Positions 8,738-17,532 of a stretch of 64,000 nucleotides of DNA are shown in pieces. Location: positions 224,992-288,991 of the forward strand of contig JBAQTB010000001.1 in the NCBI GenBank assembly GCA_049296775.1, given 5' to 3'. The stretch comes from Patescibacteria group bacterium (lineage in GTDB: Bacteria > Patescibacteriota > Patescibacteriia > UBA9934). Every line of letters begins with the position of its first letter. Position 1 is the first letter of the stretch. The translations under genes and the position numbers were made by a program. The notes beneath the pieces were generated by a model. It searched no databases, was not told the origin of the DNA, and saw nothing but the letters and a program-made list of their open reading frames with translations.

Positions 8738-10123
8738 CTAATAGGTCTGCCGCACAACCTGTGCCGCTCGGTTCACGGTTTCTTCTGGATCATTGCCGGC
8801 CAAGATTTGATCAGCGAAATCATTCAAAGCTTTCTCCATAGCATCTGCATCTCTACCCCGGTACCAGCTTTGAGCAGTTAAAACTTGCTCCGCAAATGGG
8901 CCCAGCTCCTCACTGTTAAGTTGTGAATTGATCAAACCACGCAAAGCTGTGGGCTTACCGGCTCTAGTTAAATATTTGCTGGCCTGTTCAGCAGAAGTAG
9001 CAAATTGCAAGAAATCCCAAGCGTAGTCTGACTCGTCAGAATTATTCGCCACAACTTCCACCCAGTAGTTAGCGTAATTAACCTGCTTACCCCCGGCAAT
9101 CTGTGGAATCTTGCTCACGGCGTAATTCAACTTAGGGGCTGCGGCTAATAAGTAAGGAATGTGGTAACTGTAGCCAAAGAAAAAGGCAGCTTGGCCGTTA
9201 GCAAAGGCTTCAAAGGAACCAGCGAAATCGCTATTCCAGGTGTAAACCTCCTTGGTAGGGTTAGCGAAATCAGTGTAAAAAACGGCAGCATCGATAGCTG
9301 GAAATAAACCTTCTGGCGTACCCTTGGGCACACTAGCAAACGCAACAGAATTACCCTCTGTCATAACCGTACCGTTTTGCAACATGAGCAATGACAGCAA
9401 ATCGACCGAACGTTCTACGTTATCCGTGGTACCAAGAGCCGCTCCAGCTTGGGTAACTTCACCTTCAGCATTCAGCACTGTCAATTTGATCACGTCGTCC
9501 TGGAAGGTCTCCCAATCTGTGGGTGGCTGGGCGATGCCGGCAGAATTCAATAAATCTTTATTGTAAAACAGGACCAAGCTATCAACAGACATGGGTAAAC
9601 CGTAAATGCGGTTAGCCGGCGCCACACTCGGGCTAGCCTGGTATGGCTTAATCACGTCTGAAGCCACCACATCCACAAACTGTTGTTTCAATGCCTTCTC
9701 ACTCAACGTTGGCTGTTCACGGGCTACAAAGATCGTTTCTTTACGCAACGTACCCACCGTTTCCTGGTAAGCCACGGTCACAGCGGCTGGCATGGGCTGC
9801 ATCAAAGTCTGCATTTCACCAAGCTTACTGTTATGCACGGAAAACATGTCCGGTCCCCTGCCCTCCGCAAAAGCACGAATAAGTTCCGTCTCATATTCTT
9901 CCGTGCGAAGTTTGCGGTAATTGATTCTGACGTTTGGATGCAAAGCAGAATACGCAGCAATAATGCTGTCAAAAGTATCTTCACCATCAAACACCCGCCA
10001 GTAATCCAAAACAACCGGTGCGCCGCCAGTGCTGGCCGTCTTTCCGCCCCCAAAACATCCCGCCCCCAGCGTGAGCAGGAGCGTGAAGGCTAAACCGGCA
10101 CCAAACAAGCGCTTAATCACCAT
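8738..10123 (-). CDS. lipoprotein, extracellular solute-binding protein (ABC transporter substrate-binding, family-1/sugar-type)
   Basis: Lipobox LTLGAGC. About 440-aa periplasmic-binding-protein-like fold. Its stop lies 23 nt upstream of the pilin paralog array and its start 1 nt after the galU stop. Confidence 0.55.
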   Translation of the reverse strand: MVIKRLFGAGLAFTLLLTLGAGCFGGGKTASTGGAPVVLDYWRVFDGEDTFDSIIAAYSALHPNVRINYRKLRTEEYETELIRAFAEGRGPDMFSVHNSKLGEMQTLMQPMPAAVTVAYQETVGTLRKETIFVAREQPTLSEKALKQQFVDVVASDVIKPYQASPSVAPANRIYGLPMSVDSLVLFYNKDLLNSAGIAQPPTDWETFQDDVIKLTVLNAEGEVTQAGAALGTTDNVERSVDLLSLLMLQNGTVMTEGNSVAFASVPKGTPEGLFPAIDAAVFYTDFANPTKEVYTWNSDFAGSFEAFANGQAAFFFGYSYHIPYLLAAAPKLNYAVSKIPQIAGGKQVNYANYWVEVVANNSDESDYAWDFLQFATSAEQASKYLTRAGKPTALRGLINSQLNSEELGPFAEQVLTAQSWYRGRDADAMEKALNDFADQILAGNDPEETVNRAAQVVRQTY

Positions 10124-10124
10124 A

Positions 10125-11027
10125 TTATTTTTTAAGAGCTTTCAAGTAAGCCTTAAGCTCTTTCTTAACTTCATCATGCTCTAGCCCAAGCTCAATTTGC
10201 GCCAAAATAAACTGGAGTTTATTGCCACAGTCATACCGCACGCCCTCAAACTTACAGGCGTACATGGGGCCGTTCTCTTTCAAGAGTGTCTCAAAAGCAT
10301 CAGCCAATCTAATCTCACCGTCTTTGCCGGGCGTCTGTACCTTGAGCAACCTAATTATGTCTGGAGTAATCACATACCGGCCCACTGCCGCCAAATTAGA
10401 TGGCGCGTCTTCCGGCTTGGGCTTTTCTACGAATTTATCGATCTTCCACACCTTAGACCCCACATTCTTACCCGCGATCACGCCGTAACTAGACACCTTA
10501 GCCTTAGGCACGGGCTGAATAGCCACCACTGGAGCGTGATATTTCTCGTAAGTTTCCATGAGCTGCCCAATGGCTGGTTGTTTGCCAGTAATAATGTCAT
10601 CGCCAAACAATACTGCAACTGATTCGTCATCGCCCACAAACGGAGCAGCAGACAAAATAGCATGGCCGTCACCAAGCGGTTTTTGCTGACGCACAAAGGC
10701 GAATTTAGCTAATTTTCCAAGCTCCTGAATCTGCTCTAGCTCTTTATACTTACGCTTCTGTTCTAAGCGATACTCCAACTCAAAGTTACGATCAAAATGA
10801 TCTTCAATGGCGCGTTTACCAATGGCAGTCACGAAAATAATTTCTTCGATCCCAGCGGCCACGGCTTCCTCTACAATATATTGAATCACCGGTTTATCAA
10901 CCACCGGCAACATCTCCTTAGGCTGAGCCTTAGTAGCAGGCAAAAATCTCGTGCCCATACCGGCCACAGGAATGATAGCTTTACGAATAGTCTGAGACAT
11001 AGCTTTTACAGTATAGCAAACATGCAT
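10125..11027 (-). CDS. galU: UTP--glucose-1-phosphate uridylyltransferase
   Basis: Motifs AIIPVAGMGTRFLPATKAQPKEMLPVVDKPVIQYIVEEA and VGRYV. Probable true start at MSQTIRK, about 11000. Confidence 0.9.
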   Translation of the reverse strand: MHVCYTVKAMSQTIRKAIIPVAGMGTRFLPATKAQPKEMLPVVDKPVIQYIVEEAVAAGIEEIIFVTAIGKRAIEDHFDRNFELEYRLEQKRKYKELEQIQELGKLAKFAFVRQQKPLGDGHAILSAAPFVGDDESVAVLFGDDIITGKQPAIGQLMETYEKYHAPVVAIQPVPKAKVSSYGVIAGKNVGSKVWKIDKFVEKPKPEDAPSNLAAVGRYVITPDIIRLLKVQTPGKDGEIRLADAFETLLKENGPMYACKFEGVRYDCGNKLQFILAQIELGLEHDEVKKELKAYLKALKK

Positions 11028-11135
11028 ACGTTGAATACAAAAAACTCCCCGTGGGAGTTTGAAAACGTAATCTGCAAAGAAAAAGCCAACCTTGATGTAA
11101 TCGCTGGTTGGCCATGTTGAGAGTTCCGCGACTTG

Positions 11136-11633
11136 TCATGTCTTATCCGCCAGCAACACCGCGATAGCGAGAAGAACATCGGGATCTGTCAAAGAGTTGT
11201 AATGATCTCCCAGACGCAGATGCACAGGACCCCACGGAAGCTTTCCCTCAAGCTTTTGACCCGTCAACCGAAGCTCGATACGACCCCACGGAAGCTTTCC
11301 AGTGAGTGCGATGTCACTGACGGTAAGGCTTGCACTACCCCACGGCACTCGTCCCGATAGTCGATCATTCGCGTAGGTCAGATCAACACTACCCCACGGT
11401 GATTTGCCGAATATACGAGTCCCTTCTAGTTGAAGTTTTGTGTTGCCACAAGGGAGCTTCCCCTCAATACTGCCGTCTGCAGCTTTTCGCAGCTCGACAC
11501 GCCCCCACGGATCTTGTCCTGCGACAACTAATTGTGGATCTGCGTAGTTAATGGGTGACTGCGATAAAGAGTTACCGCCTCCCGCAAGTAGAGCGAATGG
11601 AAGCAACAAGAACACCATCCCTATTATCAACAT
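11136..11633 (-). CDS. secreted repeat protein with about six ~15-aa G-K-L-P-W-G-x-[VI]-x-L-x-L repeats
   Basis: N-terminal signal or TM segment MLIIGMVFLLLPFALLAGG. Repeats KLPCGNTKLQL / KSPWGSVDLTY / RVPWGSASLTV / KLPWGRIELRL / KLPWGPVHLRL. AGGAGG RBS upstream. Confidence 0.6.
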   Translation of the reverse strand: MLIIGMVFLLLPFALLAGGGNSLSQSPINYADPQLVVAGQDPWGRVELRKAADGSIEGKLPCGNTKLQLEGTRIFGKSPWGSVDLTYANDRLSGRVPWGSASLTVSDIALTGKLPWGRIELRLTGQKLEGKLPWGPVHLRLGDHYNSLTDPDVLLAIAVLLADKT

Positions 11634-11689
11634 CTACATCCTCCTTTTAAAGAACTCTGTGATTCCTTCCGGCAGTATTTCCGGATGAT

Positions 11690-11720
11690 TTAATATAATA
11701 TATTTTTCTATAAAAATCAA
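11690..11720 (-). promoter_or_regulatory. putative promoter (TTGATT-17-TATATT on minus strand) for the LPWG-repeat gene
   Basis: AT-rich region with -35 and -10 elements followed by a strong SD (AAGGAGG). Confidence 0.35.
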
Positions 11721-11797
11721 GAGCCCAGCGATATCCCAACGTAGCCCGACTTGTCCGACATAGCCCGTGGGGCGACGGCGGAAGGGCGAAAATGTCC

Positions 11798-11960
11798 GTC
11801 CTTCGATTAACTCAGGGCATTCGACTCACTTCGTCTTCCCAAGTGGTCGGAGACCATGAGCGAACGAAGCCTGATGGTAAGCCCTTCGATTGACTCAGGG
11901 CATTCGACTCACTTCGTCTTCCCAGCGGTCGGAGACCATGAGCGAACGAAGTGAGTCGAA
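11798..11960. repeat. two tandem direct copies of an ~83-bp unit, each with a 16-19-bp internal inverted repeat, directly abutting the 3' end of tRNA-Ser
   Basis: Copy 1 at ~11798-11880 and copy 2 at ~11881-11960. Unit: CCTTCGATTRACTCAGGGCATTCGACTCACTTCGTCTTCCCA..GGTCGGAGACCATGAGCGAACGAAG. CATTCGACTCACTTCG pairs with CGAAGTGAGTCGAATG. Confidence 0.7.
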
Positions 11961-12050
11961 TGGCGGAAAAGGGGGGATTCGAACCCCCGATACCTTTGCA
12001 GGTATACATGATTTCGAGTCATGCGCATTCGACCACTCTGCCACTTTTCC
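11961..12050 (-). tRNA. tRNA-Ser (anticodon CGA), 90 nt with long variable arm, CCA encoded
   Basis: Reverse complement reads GGAAAAGTGGCAGAGTGGTCGAATGCGCATGACTCGAAATCATG..GGGGGTTCGAATCCCCCCTTTTCCGCCA. Acceptor, D, anticodon (loop CTCGAAA) and T arms all pair. Confidence 0.9.
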
Positions 12051-12105
12051 ACGCACCCCCAGAGCTTACCTATAAATGTCTGGGGAGACAACATTGTTGT
12101 GATGT

Positions 12106-12879
12106 TTACACAAGATTACCGTCTCGACGTTCGCAGAATGTGAGCATAGCGGTGTGCATAAACTGTGCTAAACCTGGGGCGACATTTTCGTAGTTTGCTT
12201 TAAAGCGTGCGTCATTAATGTACGCGTTGGCGAGACCACGATAAATTTCAAGATTGGGCTCATAGAAGGCGCGTAGACCGGCGTAATGTTCGGCAATCAG
12301 CTCCTGAACCTCCGCGCTGGCTGGATCAAGGCCGGACTGCATGGCGGTTGCAATTTTTACGGTCAAGGCACCAGCGGCAGCTAAAACTTTTCGCAAACCA
12401 GCTCTGCCCATCTTTTTGACGCGCTCTTCTGATTGCTTAAAAGCGTCGGTGTGTCCCCATCTGGATTTAGCTTCAGCGGCATAAGCTTGTTCCTCAGTTT
12501 TGCTAAATGACGTGTACAGAGCTTGATCGTCCATAGGTGTTTGGTTAGTTAAGTTATTGATCGTCTGATTAATCGTCTTAATAAGCTTACTTAGTCGTTT
12601 CTGTTTTAATTCCAGGAGTGTCTTTTGATCATTTAAGGCTCGCTGCAGTTCAAAGGTGGGGCTACTCAGAATTTTAATGATGTCGGCCAACGAAAAGTCT
12701 AGTTCCCTAAAAAACATGATCTGCTGGAGTCTCAAGAGATCCGCATCGGAATATGTACGGTAGCCATTCCGCTCTTGCCGGTCTGGTCGCAATAAGCCAA
12801 TGGCATCGTAATGATGCAAAGTTCTGACGCTAATCCCGGCCAATTTGGCTAAGTGCTGAATGGAGTAAGACATAAACAT
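12106..12879 (-). CDS. MerR-family transcriptional regulator with C-terminal TipAS-like effector domain
   Basis: N-terminal HTH YSIQHLAKLAGISVRTLHHYDAIGLLRPDRQERNGYRTY. Probable start at MSYSIQ. Confidence 0.8.
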   Translation of the reverse strand: MFMSYSIQHLAKLAGISVRTLHHYDAIGLLRPDRQERNGYRTYSDADLLRLQQIMFFRELDFSLADIIKILSSPTFELQRALNDQKTLLELKQKRLSKLIKTINQTINNLTNQTPMDDQALYTSFSKTEEQAYAAEAKSRWGHTDAFKQSEERVKKMGRAGLRKVLAAAGALTVKIATAMQSGLDPASAEVQELIAEHYAGLRAFYEPNLEIYRGLANAYINDARFKANYENVAPGLAQFMHTAMLTFCERRDGNLV

Positions 12880-12922
12880 GCTCTTTTTAGTAATCGACCG
12901 TACTGTAACTTAGTCTAAACTA

Positions 12923-12935
12923 TGACGCAACGTCA
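12923..12935. promoter_or_regulatory. perfect palindrome TGACGCAACGTCA in the MerR/ABC divergent promoter region; second dyad ACAAAAGTAAGTTTTTGT at ~12960-12978
   Basis: Inverted repeats lie between the divergent merR-like and ABC transporter genes, consistent with a MerR-type operator. Confidence 0.4.
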
Positions 12936-12985
12936 GAGTCAAGGGCCTCAAAAGACTAGACAAAAGTAAGTTTTTGTGCTAATCT

Positions 12986-13675
12986 TTGCCAGTTATGAAA
13001 ACTCTCATTGAAGCCAAAGCGATTGCTAAAATCTATCCAAGTGGCGGTGAAGACACCGTGGCCCTCAAAGATATCAATGTAAATATTAAGCAGGGTGAAA
13101 GTGTCGCCATTATTGGTAAGTCCGGGAGCGGAAAATCGACCTTAATGCATATTTTAGCCACCTTGGACACCCCAAGTGATGGCGAATTATTGTTTGCCGG
13201 CAGACACGCCCACGCGTTAACACCGGCGCAGATTGATCACGTTAGAAATAAGCGTTTTGGCTTTGTCTTCCAACAGTTCTTCTTGAACGCCAAGAACACC
13301 GTGCTTGAAAACGTAATTTTGCCGCTCGTCATTGCTGGCGTACCGGTTGCGGAACGAAATAGTCGTGGTTTAGCCATGCTAGAAAGCGTCGGACTGTCTG
13401 ATAAAGCTCAGCAACTGGCCGGTAACTTGTCTGGTGGACAGAAGCAGAGAGCCTGTATTGCGCGTGCTTTAGTGACTAAGCCGCTCGTGATCTTTGCAGA
13501 TGAACCAACCGGAAATCTGGACACTGAAAACGGTGAAATTGTGACGGAAATTTTGTTCAAACTACACAAGCAGCACAACATCACTCTAGTTATTGTGACG
13601 CATGATCCTGACTTAGCGAAATTGTGTGATCGCGCCATTGAAATGAAAGACGGCCGCATTACTAACGGTGAATAG
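12986..13675 (+). CDS. ABC transporter ATP-binding protein (LolD/MacB/FtsE-like)
   Basis: Walker A GKSGSGKST, signature LSGGQKQR, Walker B VIFADEPTGNLD. The ATG at ~12995 is the more likely start. Confidence 0.9.
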   Translation: MPVMKTLIEAKAIAKIYPSGGEDTVALKDINVNIKQGESVAIIGKSGSGKSTLMHILATLDTPSDGELLFAGRHAHALTPAQIDHVRNKRFGFVFQQFFLNAKNTVLENVILPLVIAGVPVAERNSRGLAMLESVGLSDKAQQLAGNLSGGQKQRACIARALVTKPLVIFADEPTGNLDTENGEIVTEILFKLHKQHNITLVIVTHDPDLAKLCDRAIEMKDGRITNGE

Positions 13676-13689
13676 CCGCTGCTAAACTT

Positions 13690-14958
13690 ATGAAACTTCT
13701 TGATATCATCAAAATTTCGCAAAAGAACTTGTTGCGCTCTAAATTGCGCACACTGTTAACCGTGGGCGCGGTGTTTATTGGTGCACTGACCTTGTCTTTA
13801 ACCAACGGCCTCGGTAACGGCGTCAAGTCTTACGTCAATGATCAGCTCGGTAACTTGGGCGTGGAACATACGCTCATGGTTCACGTTAAACAGAGTCAAC
13901 AGAATCCGGTCAGCACTGACGTAACCGCCTACAATCCAGATCGAGAAGTGGGTACATTCAATATCGCCCTGTTGAACCAGGAAGATTTTGCTAAAATTGA
14001 ACAGACAGAAGGCGTGATCAAAATTACGCCGGAACGCATGCCGCAATTAGAGTACATTGGGCATGATGCTGAGAAATTTGAAGTGGCGGCTTACCAAAAT
14101 TTGGAAGGGTTGAATTTGACCATTTCAGAAGGTGAACGCGTCCGTGAAGATCTCCCAAACGGGATCACCATCCCTCACAAGTACGTGGAGCCACTCGGTT
14201 TTAGCGACGATCATGACAGCTTGGGTAAAACAGTGACCCTGGCCTACAAAAACGCCGCTCAAGTCACACAAACAGCGGATGTGACGATTATCGGTGTGCA
14301 GGAACCGTCTATCCTTGGCAACACTAACATCGTTATCAGCCAGGCCTTGGCTAAGTTGATCGTGGATGATCAAACTAAGGGTGTACCGGCCCTGGAAGGC
14401 AAGTACATGAATGCCGTGGTCAAGTTCGATGCCAGCTATTCTGATGAAGATATTGCCGCGCTCAAACAGCGCTTTGAAGACCAAGGCTATGCCGCTCAGA
14501 CCATCCAAGATCAGATTGGCATTATCAGCACCGTGATCGACACGATTTTGATTGTGCTAAATGTCTTTGGTGTTATCACGTTGATCGCCGCGGCCTTCGG
14601 TATCGTCAACACTCAACTCATGTCAGTCAATGAACGTACGAGTGAAATTGGCTTAATGAAAGCGCTTGGCGCCAGCCGCAGAAATATCTTCACGATGTTT
14701 TCCATTGAAGCCGCCAGTATCGGTTTCTGGGGAGCGGCACTCGGCACACTCGTCAGTATCGTGATCGGCACCTTAGTGAGTGGTTATGCTACTAACAATT
14801 TCTTGAAAGATTTTGTCGGGTTCCAGTTACTGTCATTTCCGATCGTCTCCACAGCCGGCGTCGTCCTAGCCATTATGTGTTTATCCTTCTTGGCCGGAGC
14901 GCTGCCGTCACTCAAGGCTAGTCGTTTAGACCCAATCAAGGCCTTACGCCACGAATAA
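13690..14958 (+). CDS. ABC transporter permease, FtsX/MacB-like (N-terminal TM, large extracytoplasmic domain, C-terminal 3-TM FtsX domain)
   Basis: 422 aa with MacB-like topology and a C-terminal FtsX-type TM bundle. Cotranscribed with the ATPase. Confidence 0.8.
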   Translation: MKLLDIIKISQKNLLRSKLRTLLTVGAVFIGALTLSLTNGLGNGVKSYVNDQLGNLGVEHTLMVHVKQSQQNPVSTDVTAYNPDREVGTFNIALLNQEDFAKIEQTEGVIKITPERMPQLEYIGHDAEKFEVAAYQNLEGLNLTISEGERVREDLPNGITIPHKYVEPLGFSDDHDSLGKTVTLAYKNAAQVTQTADVTIIGVQEPSILGNTNIVISQALAKLIVDDQTKGVPALEGKYMNAVVKFDASYSDEDIAALKQRFEDQGYAAQTIQDQIGIISTVIDTILIVLNVFGVITLIAAAFGIVNTQLMSVNERTSEIGLMKALGASRRNIFTMFSIEAASIGFWGAALGTLVSIVIGTLVSGYATNNFLKDFVGFQLLSFPIVSTAGVVLAIMCLSFLAGALPSLKASRLDPIKALRHE

Positions 14959-15016
14959 ACTTTTGACTACCAAAAACCCTCGCACTGGCGAGGGTTTTTA
15001 GTTATTTTCGTGTGAC

Positions 15017-16084
15017 TTAACTTTTAGCCATGCGCTTCTTAAGAGCGTCTACGAATTTAATGTCGGTCGTCACCATCTTATTCTCCATGGCCAAGTACCA
15101 AGCCACGTAGCTACCAAATTGTAGCACTTCTCCAACCTCATCTAGCCTAGTGTGACCGGCTGCCACATACTCGACCACGGACAAGTGTTGATCTTCAAAA
15201 AGATCAGCCGTGATGTCATAACGTTTTTGCGTACGTTCGTGATACAAGCTAGAACGCAGCATCACCGCAACGCTCTGCTTAGCAAAAGTCTTGGGGTACG
15301 TCAGACCTTCTAGCAAATGATGGTTGAGTTCCGGTAATTGAAAGTTAGTCGCGAACTGTTTGCCGTTTTCATTGATGCTGTTCTGCAAAATATGTGCATT
15401 CCCCGTGAGGTGCTCGGATGACACAATTAGCACGCTCTTACCCGCAATCGCCTTGGCGATCATCTTGGCTGGATTGTCAGCTGATTTCACATCTACGGCG
15501 CAAGAGTCGATAACTTCATTCATGCACGTCATCATGCTGTTTAACTCGGCCTCTTTGATTTTTATCAGGCCAGCCCGATCTAAAAGTCCCAAAATCCCAA
15601 CCAACAAAAAACCACCACCAAATCTAGGCTGCTTGGCCAAATCACCCGGCGTAAAAATATAGGCTGGCAATTTATGCTCTTTAGCAAATTGCGCCAACGG
15701 ACCACCGGTACAAATCACCATGAGTTTAGCCTTGCGACTCCGTGCTTCAGCCGCAGCAGCAAGCACTTCTTCTGTGGTTCCAGAAAAACTGGATAAAATT
15801 ACGAGTGTCTTAGAGTTCACTGAAGCTGGGAGCACGTAATCTCGTACTACTGACGCAGGCAATTTCAATTTATCACTACAAGCCGCAATCAACATCTCCG
15901 GCCCCAGGGCGGAGCCGCCCATGCCACACATCACTATGTGGTTAACTTGTTGATAGCTCTTAGGTACTACGATTTCACGCGTATCGTGCCAAGCGCAACG
16001 CACTTGATCCGGTAAACGTTCGATCCCAAAGCCAACATCAGCTGGGTCGTAAGTCTTGTAAGTGGTAGACGTGTCTAAGTTCAT
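15017..16084 (-). CDS. bifunctional phosphoglucose/phosphomannose isomerase (SIS-domain, PGI/PMI family)
   Basis: SIS-domain motifs HIVMCGMGGSALGPEM and VILSSFSGTTEE, with length and architecture of archaeal-type PGI/PMI. Confidence 0.7.
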   Translation of the reverse strand: MNLDTSTTYKTYDPADVGFGIERLPDQVRCAWHDTREIVVPKSYQQVNHIVMCGMGGSALGPEMLIAACSDKLKLPASVVRDYVLPASVNSKTLVILSSFSGTTEEVLAAAAEARSRKAKLMVICTGGPLAQFAKEHKLPAYIFTPGDLAKQPRFGGGFLLVGILGLLDRAGLIKIKEAELNSMMTCMNEVIDSCAVDVKSADNPAKMIAKAIAGKSVLIVSSEHLTGNAHILQNSINENGKQFATNFQLPELNHHLLEGLTYPKTFAKQSVAVMLRSSLYHERTQKRYDITADLFEDQHLSVVEYVAAGHTRLDEVGEVLQFGSYVAWYLAMENKMVTTDIKFVDALKKRMAKS

Positions 16085-17286
16085 AAGCTTTTACCTATGC
16101 TGTGTGTCAAAACGGCTCTGGCCGTTACGTCTCCAATCATGACCGCTCCAACCAGCTTACCACTCCTGAAAAAGAGTTCCTGGGAAGCGTCTGGCTTAGC
16201 AATACCTGCTCTAACCTCATCGGCATGCTCGCGGCTGACATCGCCCAAGAAGACAATGTGCATCCCGAGCAAATTAGTCGAGTAAGATGACACCAGCTTA
16301 AAGGCCGTCCGCTCACCCGCCATGGTTGCGCCCACTACCCTACCCTGCATTTGAGCATTCATCCAGTTACCGTATTTTACCTGACGATTAACCTGTGTAT
16401 CCAGGAACTGGGCCACGTCCCCCGCAGCATACACGTTTGGCAGGCTGGTTTCCAAAAATTCGTTGGTTAACACGCCCTGATCCATAGGGATTTTAGCGGT
16501 TTTCAACAAGTGATGATCAGACTTGGCGCCAATACCCACGCCTAACAGTCGAGCCGGCAATTCGGTGCCGTCTTGAAGCTTAAGACCCGTCAACTCCTGT
16601 TCTCCGATCAGCTCAGGCATCGGCTCGTTGGTATGCACGGTTACGCCGTTTGATTCCGCTTGATGACGCAACACGGCCTGACTGTGAGCTGACAAAATCT
16701 GTGACCAGAAGCCTGAGCCACGCATTATGATGCGCGTTGGTAACTCGAAGTGTTGGAAAGCGTTGGCGTATTCGCAGGCAATAAAACCACCACCGTAAAT
16801 CGCTGTCTGACGTTCAGCTGGCTTCAAGGATCGCACTTCATTCAGCAAAACTTTCAAATGGTCAGCGTCATCAACCGTATGCAAATACGACACCCCGCGG
16901 AGATCGTCATGAAACAAAGAAATTTCGCCACCGGTTGTAATGAGTAATTTATCAAACGGCAGCTCACGCTCTTCAGAAGTTTTAACAAATTGATTCTCAA
17001 TATTTATACTCAACGCTCTCACGCCGGGCATGAACTCTAGATTATGATCGTAATACCAAGCAGCCGTACGCAAAAAAACTTTGTCTCTGATAACCTTATC
17101 CTTCACGTAATGCGGCAATAAAACTCTGGAGTAGCAGACATGCTGCTCTTCAGACAAAATTGTGATGCGCGCCTTAGGGTCACGCTTCCTAATTTCTTCG
17201 GCCGCCGTGGTGCCGGCAATGCCACCGCCAATGATCAGGATATCCATGTTAAAAACTTGGGTAAAGCTGATTACCCTCTTCATCAA
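16081..17286 (-). CDS. FAD-dependent pyridine nucleotide-disulfide oxidoreductase (ferredoxin/rubredoxin-NAD(P)+ reductase-like)
   Basis: N-terminal FAD motif ILIIGGGIAGTTAAEE, a second Rossmann motif IYGGGFIACE, and a C-terminal dimerisation domain. The start at MDILIIGGG (~17247) would abut the ferredoxin stop. Confidence 0.75.
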   Translation of the reverse strand: MMKRVISFTQVFNMDILIIGGGIAGTTAAEEIRKRDPKARITILSEEQHVCYSRVLLPHYVKDKVIRDKVFLRTAAWYYDHNLEFMPGVRALSINIENQFVKTSEERELPFDKLLITTGGEISLFHDDLRGVSYLHTVDDADHLKVLLNEVRSLKPAERQTAIYGGGFIACEYANAFQHFELPTRIIMRGSGFWSQILSAHSQAVLRHQAESNGVTVHTNEPMPELIGEQELTGLKLQDGTELPARLLGVGIGAKSDHHLLKTAKIPMDQGVLTNEFLETSLPNVYAAGDVAQFLDTQVNRQVKYGNWMNAQMQGRVVGATMAGERTAFKLVSSYSTNLLGMHIVFLGDVSREHADEVRAGIAKPDASQELFFRSGKLVGAVMIGDVTARAVLTHSIGKSL

Positions 17287-17515
17287 AGATGAGAATGGCT
17301 AAAGTCGGGCAAGACTGCGCAGCGACGATGATGTTATCTTTTTCCGCTTCAGTCACTTCAACTGTACGTTCGTACTGAGGGCCATCCGGAGCCTCACCTT
17401 TATCTAAAACCTCAGCTTTATTCTCAACATTCAACACAAAACTTTCCGGCGCGACCGTTACACAACTGGCCGCCCCAATACACAAATCTGGATCCACCAC
17501 GATACGAAGCTTCAT
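17249..17515 (-). CDS. small [4Fe-4S] ferredoxin
   Basis: 88 aa with DPDLCIGAASC...C and a C-terminal AAQSCP motif, the single-cluster ferredoxin pattern. Lies immediately upstream of the reductase. Confidence 0.7.
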   Translation of the reverse strand: MKLRIVVDPDLCIGAASCVTVAPESFVLNVENKAEVLDKGEAPDGPQYERTVEVTEAEKDNIIVAAQSCPTLAILIFDEEGNQLYPSF

Positions 17516-17532
17516 ACAGCCCTAGAATACGT

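Noticed and set aside
11812-12193. ORFs 11812..12009, 11890..12075, 11909..12094, 11951..12193
   Set aside because: They overlap tRNA-Ser and the 83-bp tandem repeat, with no coding signal.
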